This document shows positions 16,377 to 19,171 of a stretch of 19,171 bases of DNA, piece by piece. The position numbers and the translations under genes are program-made. The notes beneath the pieces are model-generated. The model did no database searches. It saw nothing but the letters and a program-made list of their open reading frames with translations, and was not told where the DNA came from. The DNA lies in NCBI GenBank assembly GCA_964247135.1, contig CAXTTL010000078.1, positions 1-19,171 of the forward strand, written 5' to 3'. This DNA is from an uncultured Deinococcales bacterium. Its GTDB lineage: Bacteria > Deinococcota > Deinococci > Deinococcales > JAAFIG01. Position 1 is the stretch's first letter. Every line of letters begins with the position of its first letter.

Positions 16377-16452
16377 CAGTGGACGTTTTAGACGTGGAAG
16401 GTGTACTTCGTGCTGAAAAAAATCTCGAGTTGGTCTCCCTTCAAACCAGCCC

Positions 16453-17230
16453 CTAACTGGCACACTGCATTGCAAACCCGAGATGCTGTAGTTGTAAAGC
16501 ACTGCCAACGTGGTGAAGGTCCATGCAGTGTCCTGTATCTGGCATGATGGCTGCATCCACAAGCGGCCAGTTTGCCAGCGCACGGGCAAACCCTTGAACC
16601 TCTTGCTCATCAACGATCCAGAGGTGATCCGTATCGGCTTAACGGTAATGGAAGGGCACCGTGATCTTTGCGAGCACCGTGTTGACGCGATCCTGCCAGC
16701 CGCCAACGATATCGATGAGTTCCGCACGCACGGCTGGCGCGTCGGCATGGTGGCTCATCGACTTCATCTCGGGATCGAAGCTGACCTCTGGACCGAACAT
16801 GACGTTATCCTTGATCTCGGCAGCCAGGTCAACGTGCGCAAGGTTTGGCAGTGAATTCCACATCGGACCGTGTTCGGTTGGCGTCCGTAGACCGACCCCA
16901 GACACCGCCACGCCCAGGAGTGGCAGCCCGTCGGGTTCGCTTGCAATTGCTGCCGGGATTGCACCGCCAATCGAGTGACCGATGAGAACAATGCCACGTG
17001 TGCCCGCCCCATAGTCCGTTCAGGCTCGCTTCAATGCCTGCGTAAGATACCGCGCCTGTCCCCAAATCCCGGACTCGCCAGTCGCAAGGATTGGGGTGCT
17101 GCCATACCCTGGTCGATCAGAGCGATGATTGGGATGCGATTGACGGTTGCACGATCCAATAGAGAGTGACCTGGCAGGTCAAAATAAGCCGATGTGTACG
17201 AACCTCCGTGGACGGCCATGACTAGAGGTG
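16453..17230 (-). pseudogene. Alpha/beta-hydrolase pseudogene, 5'-truncated at the IS3 end
   Basis: Manual translation: PLVMAVHGGSYTSAYFD...IAL/DRPGYG...VLIGHSIGG...DHLW...TGHCMDLH...CAS*. One frameshift (~17119) and two in-frame stops (17022..17020, 16641..16639). Confidence 0.88.
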
Positions 17231-17254
17231 TGAAATTGCAAGGGTTTTGTTGGT

Positions 17255-18130
17255 TCAGAGTTCAGAAAAGTATTTCATCTCGAATTTCACCGGCGAACAA
17301 TACCCCAGGCTCGAGTGACGACGTTCACGGTTATACCAACCTTCCATCCACGAAAACACCTTCCCATGCGTAAAATCTCGAGTTCCAATCGGTTTTCTTA
17401 AGTCTAACTCGAGTTTTAACGTACTAAAAAAACTTTCCATCACCGCATTGTCCCAGCAATTTCCTTTTCGACTCATGCTACACGTTGCTTTCAACGCTGC
17501 TAATGCTTGTCGGTACTCGAGACTCGCGTACTGTGCTCCTCGGTCACTGTGATGCAATAAACCCCCATCAGCACTTGGTTTTCGCTTTCGTCTTGCACTC
17601 TCCAACGCATCAAGCACCAACTTCGTCTCGAGACTTGACGAGAACGCCCAACCCACGATCATTCTCGAGAATAAGTCTAGTACCACAGCTAAGTACAACC
17701 AGCCTTCACTTGTTGGTAAATAAGTGATGTCGGTCACCCATTTTTGATTTGGTTTCTCTGCCTTGAAATCACGATTCAGTACGTTCTCAGCGACACCGTG
17801 CGTGTGATTGCTTTTGGTGGTGGTCACATATTTTCGTTTGAATTTCGTTCGCAAACCAGCGTGGCGCATCAACCGATTCACTCGAGCACGACTGACTTGT
17901 TTGCCTTTAACGTCGTGTAGTTCGTCCTTTATGCGTGGTGAGCCATAAACTCGATCACTTTTCGCGTGAATAATTTTGATTTCCTCGAGTAGCACAGCAT
18001 CTTCTTGCTTTCGTTGGCTTAACCCTCGTCCTTTCCACATCCAAAATGCTTTCGTCGTGACGTTAAAAACGCGTGCCATGATGTTGATCTCGAAGCGCTT
18101 CTTATTCGTTTCCATGAACAAATACTTCAT
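17255..18130 (-). CDS. IS3-family transposase OrfB (DDE integrase core)
   Basis: YGSPRI, WVTDITY, HHSDRGAQY, GNCWDNAVMESFF, YNRERRHSSLGY. ATG overlaps the orfA stop (ATGA, -1 frame). Confidence 0.96.
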   Translation of the reverse strand: MKYLFMETNKKRFEINIMARVFNVTTKAFWMWKGRGLSQRKQEDAVLLEEIKIIHAKSDRVYGSPRIKDELHDVKGKQVSRARVNRLMRHAGLRTKFKRKYVTTTKSNHTHGVAENVLNRDFKAEKPNQKWVTDITYLPTSEGWLYLAVVLDLFSRMIVGWAFSSSLETKLVLDALESARRKRKPSADGGLLHHSDRGAQYASLEYRQALAALKATCSMSRKGNCWDNAVMESFFSTLKLELDLRKPIGTRDFTHGKVFSWMEGWYNRERRHSSLGYCSPVKFEMKYFSEL

Positions 18131-18438
18131 TTCGTTTCTTTGGCAAAGAACTTCGCTGCCGCTTTTAAAATTTCACGCTCTTGACGAAGAATGTAGTTCT
18201 CCCGCTCGAGTTCTTGAATACGTCGTTCTTGCTCGGTCAGTGCTGCAATTCCGCGTCCAGTAAACGCTGGGCGTTGCTCGAGGATGCTCTGCTGGTGAAT
18301 GCCAATCCAGCGTTTCAAGTTCTGAGTGCCAATGTCTAAATCTCGAGCGACCTTACCTGGTGGTACTTTGTCGTTGAGAACGAGGTTGATGGCTTGTTGT
18401 TTGAATTCTGGAGTGAATTCTCGTGGTTTTTTTGACAT
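18127..18438 (-). CDS. IS3-family transposase OrfA (HTH + leucine zipper)
   Basis: 'FTPEFKQQAINLV...VARDLDI...LKRW', coiled coil 'IQELERENYILRQEREILKAAAKFF'. RBS AAGGAG. Confidence 0.95.
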   Translation of the reverse strand: MSKKPREFTPEFKQQAINLVLNDKVPPGKVARDLDIGTQNLKRWIGIHQQSILEQRPAFTGRGIAALTEQERRIQELERENYILRQEREILKAAAKFFAKETK

Positions 18439-18495
18439 GGTTCAGACTCCTTCGTTTAGTCTGAACTCTGAACCAACAAAAGTGGTTGTTCGTCA

Positions 18496-19171
18496 CTTTT
18501 GGTGCAAAGTAGCAACATAAGGCATGAGCCTCACCGACGCACTCCTACCCCTGCTCACTGCCCGAATCCCATTCTTAAACCTCGAGCAACTTAACGAGGT
18601 CGAGCATCACCTACAAGCCAGCATCACCAGCCAGCAACCCACCTCAAAGTGTCCGAAGTGCGGAACGATCAGCTCGAGCGTTCACAGTCACTACACGCGA
18701 ACCATCCAAGATTTACCCGTTGCTGACTCGAGCATCACATGGGCGTTGCACGTCCGACGGTTTCGTTGTCGGAAACGCAAGTGTTCCCAAACCATTTTCT
18801 GCGAACGATTCGCCCAAGGATTAAGTGCATATGCTCGTACTACCAACCGAGTAACCACGCTGTTTGAGACGACCTCATTGCACATTGGTGCGAGTCCAGC
18901 CTCGAGTCTCATTCCTGACTTTGGTTTTACCTCGAGTCCGTCCACTCTTTTACGTCGTGCTCATCAAGCAATCGTTCCAGACGTGATTAATGCAGCATTG
19001 AAAATCATTGGCGTTGATGATTTCGCTTTCCAGAAAGGTAGAGATTACGGCACGATCATCGTCAATCACGAAAATAACAAAGTTGTTGACCTACTGCCTG
19101 ACCGTGCGGCAACCACATTAACCACGTGGTTGAAGTTGCACCCAAGTATCAAAATCGTCACTCGAGATCGT
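18496..19171 (+). mobile_element. ISL3-family insertion sequence, left part (runs off window)
   Basis: The transposase starts 28 nt after the IS3 end. The left boundary is inferred because the right IR is outside the window. Confidence 0.8.
18524..19171 (+). CDS. ISL3-family transposase, N-terminal 216 codons (partial; not in the ORF track because it has no stop in the window)
   Basis: MSLTDALL...CPKCGTISSSVHSHYTRTIQDLP...VRRFRCRKRKCSQTIFCERF (zf-ISL3)...IIGVDDFAFQKGRDYGTIIVN...VVDLLPDR...IVTRDR. Confidence 0.95.
   Translation, partial: MSLTDALLPLLTARIPFLNLEQLNEVEHHLQASITSQQPTSKCPKCGTISSSVHSHYTRTIQDLPVADSSITWALHVRRFRCRKRKCSQTIFCERFAQGLSAYARTTNRVTTLFETTSLHIGASPASSLIPDFGFTSSPSTLLRRAHQAIVPDVINAALKIIGVDDFAFQKGRDYGTIIVNHENNKVVDLLPDRAATTLTTWLKLHPSIKIVTRDR

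Larger units (their letters stand above)
17231..18495 (-). mobile_element. IS3-family insertion sequence, 1265 bp, complete
   Basis: 5'-TG...CA-3' ends. Terminal IRs have a perfect 22-bp core TTTTGTTGGTTCAGAGTTCAGA (17245..17266 and 18460..18481), each 14 nt in from the tip. Contains an orfA/orfB pair. Confidence 0.93.

Noticed and set aside
16510..16854. 114-aa plus-strand ORF
   Set aside because: Antisense shadow of the alpha/beta-hydrolase pseudogene.
18691..18945. 84-aa minus-strand ORF
   Set aside because: Antisense to the ISL3 transposase.

Overview
Bacterial accessory/metabolic region. A Deinococcota origin is my inference from extreme CTCGAG enrichment, a leaderless-style -10 box and the style of the lipoproteins. 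The core is an apparently intact minus-strand beta-glucan utilisation locus: LacI regulator, sugar-binding protein, two ABC permeases, cytoplasmic GH3 beta-glucosidase and secreted GH30 (beta-1,6-glucanase-like), with two matching LacI-type operators. Four lipoprotein genes flank it: a stand-alone AbfB/CBM42-like protein, a small Pro-rich protein, an S8 subtilase, and an uncharacterised glycosidase-like protein split by a +1 frameshift. The right third holds a broken AraC gene, a TetR + NAD(P)-binding epimerase/SDR pair, a multiply disrupted alpha/beta-hydrolase pseudogene, a complete 1265-bp IS3-family element, and an ISL3 transposase running off the window. I see no CRISPR array, RNA gene or defence system. 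The best novelty candidates are the frameshifted glycosidase-like lipoprotein, the catalytic-domain-free CBM42-like lipoprotein, a probable ATT start for the LacI gene, and the CTCGAG iteration. All calls come from reading motifs by eye; no database search was run.
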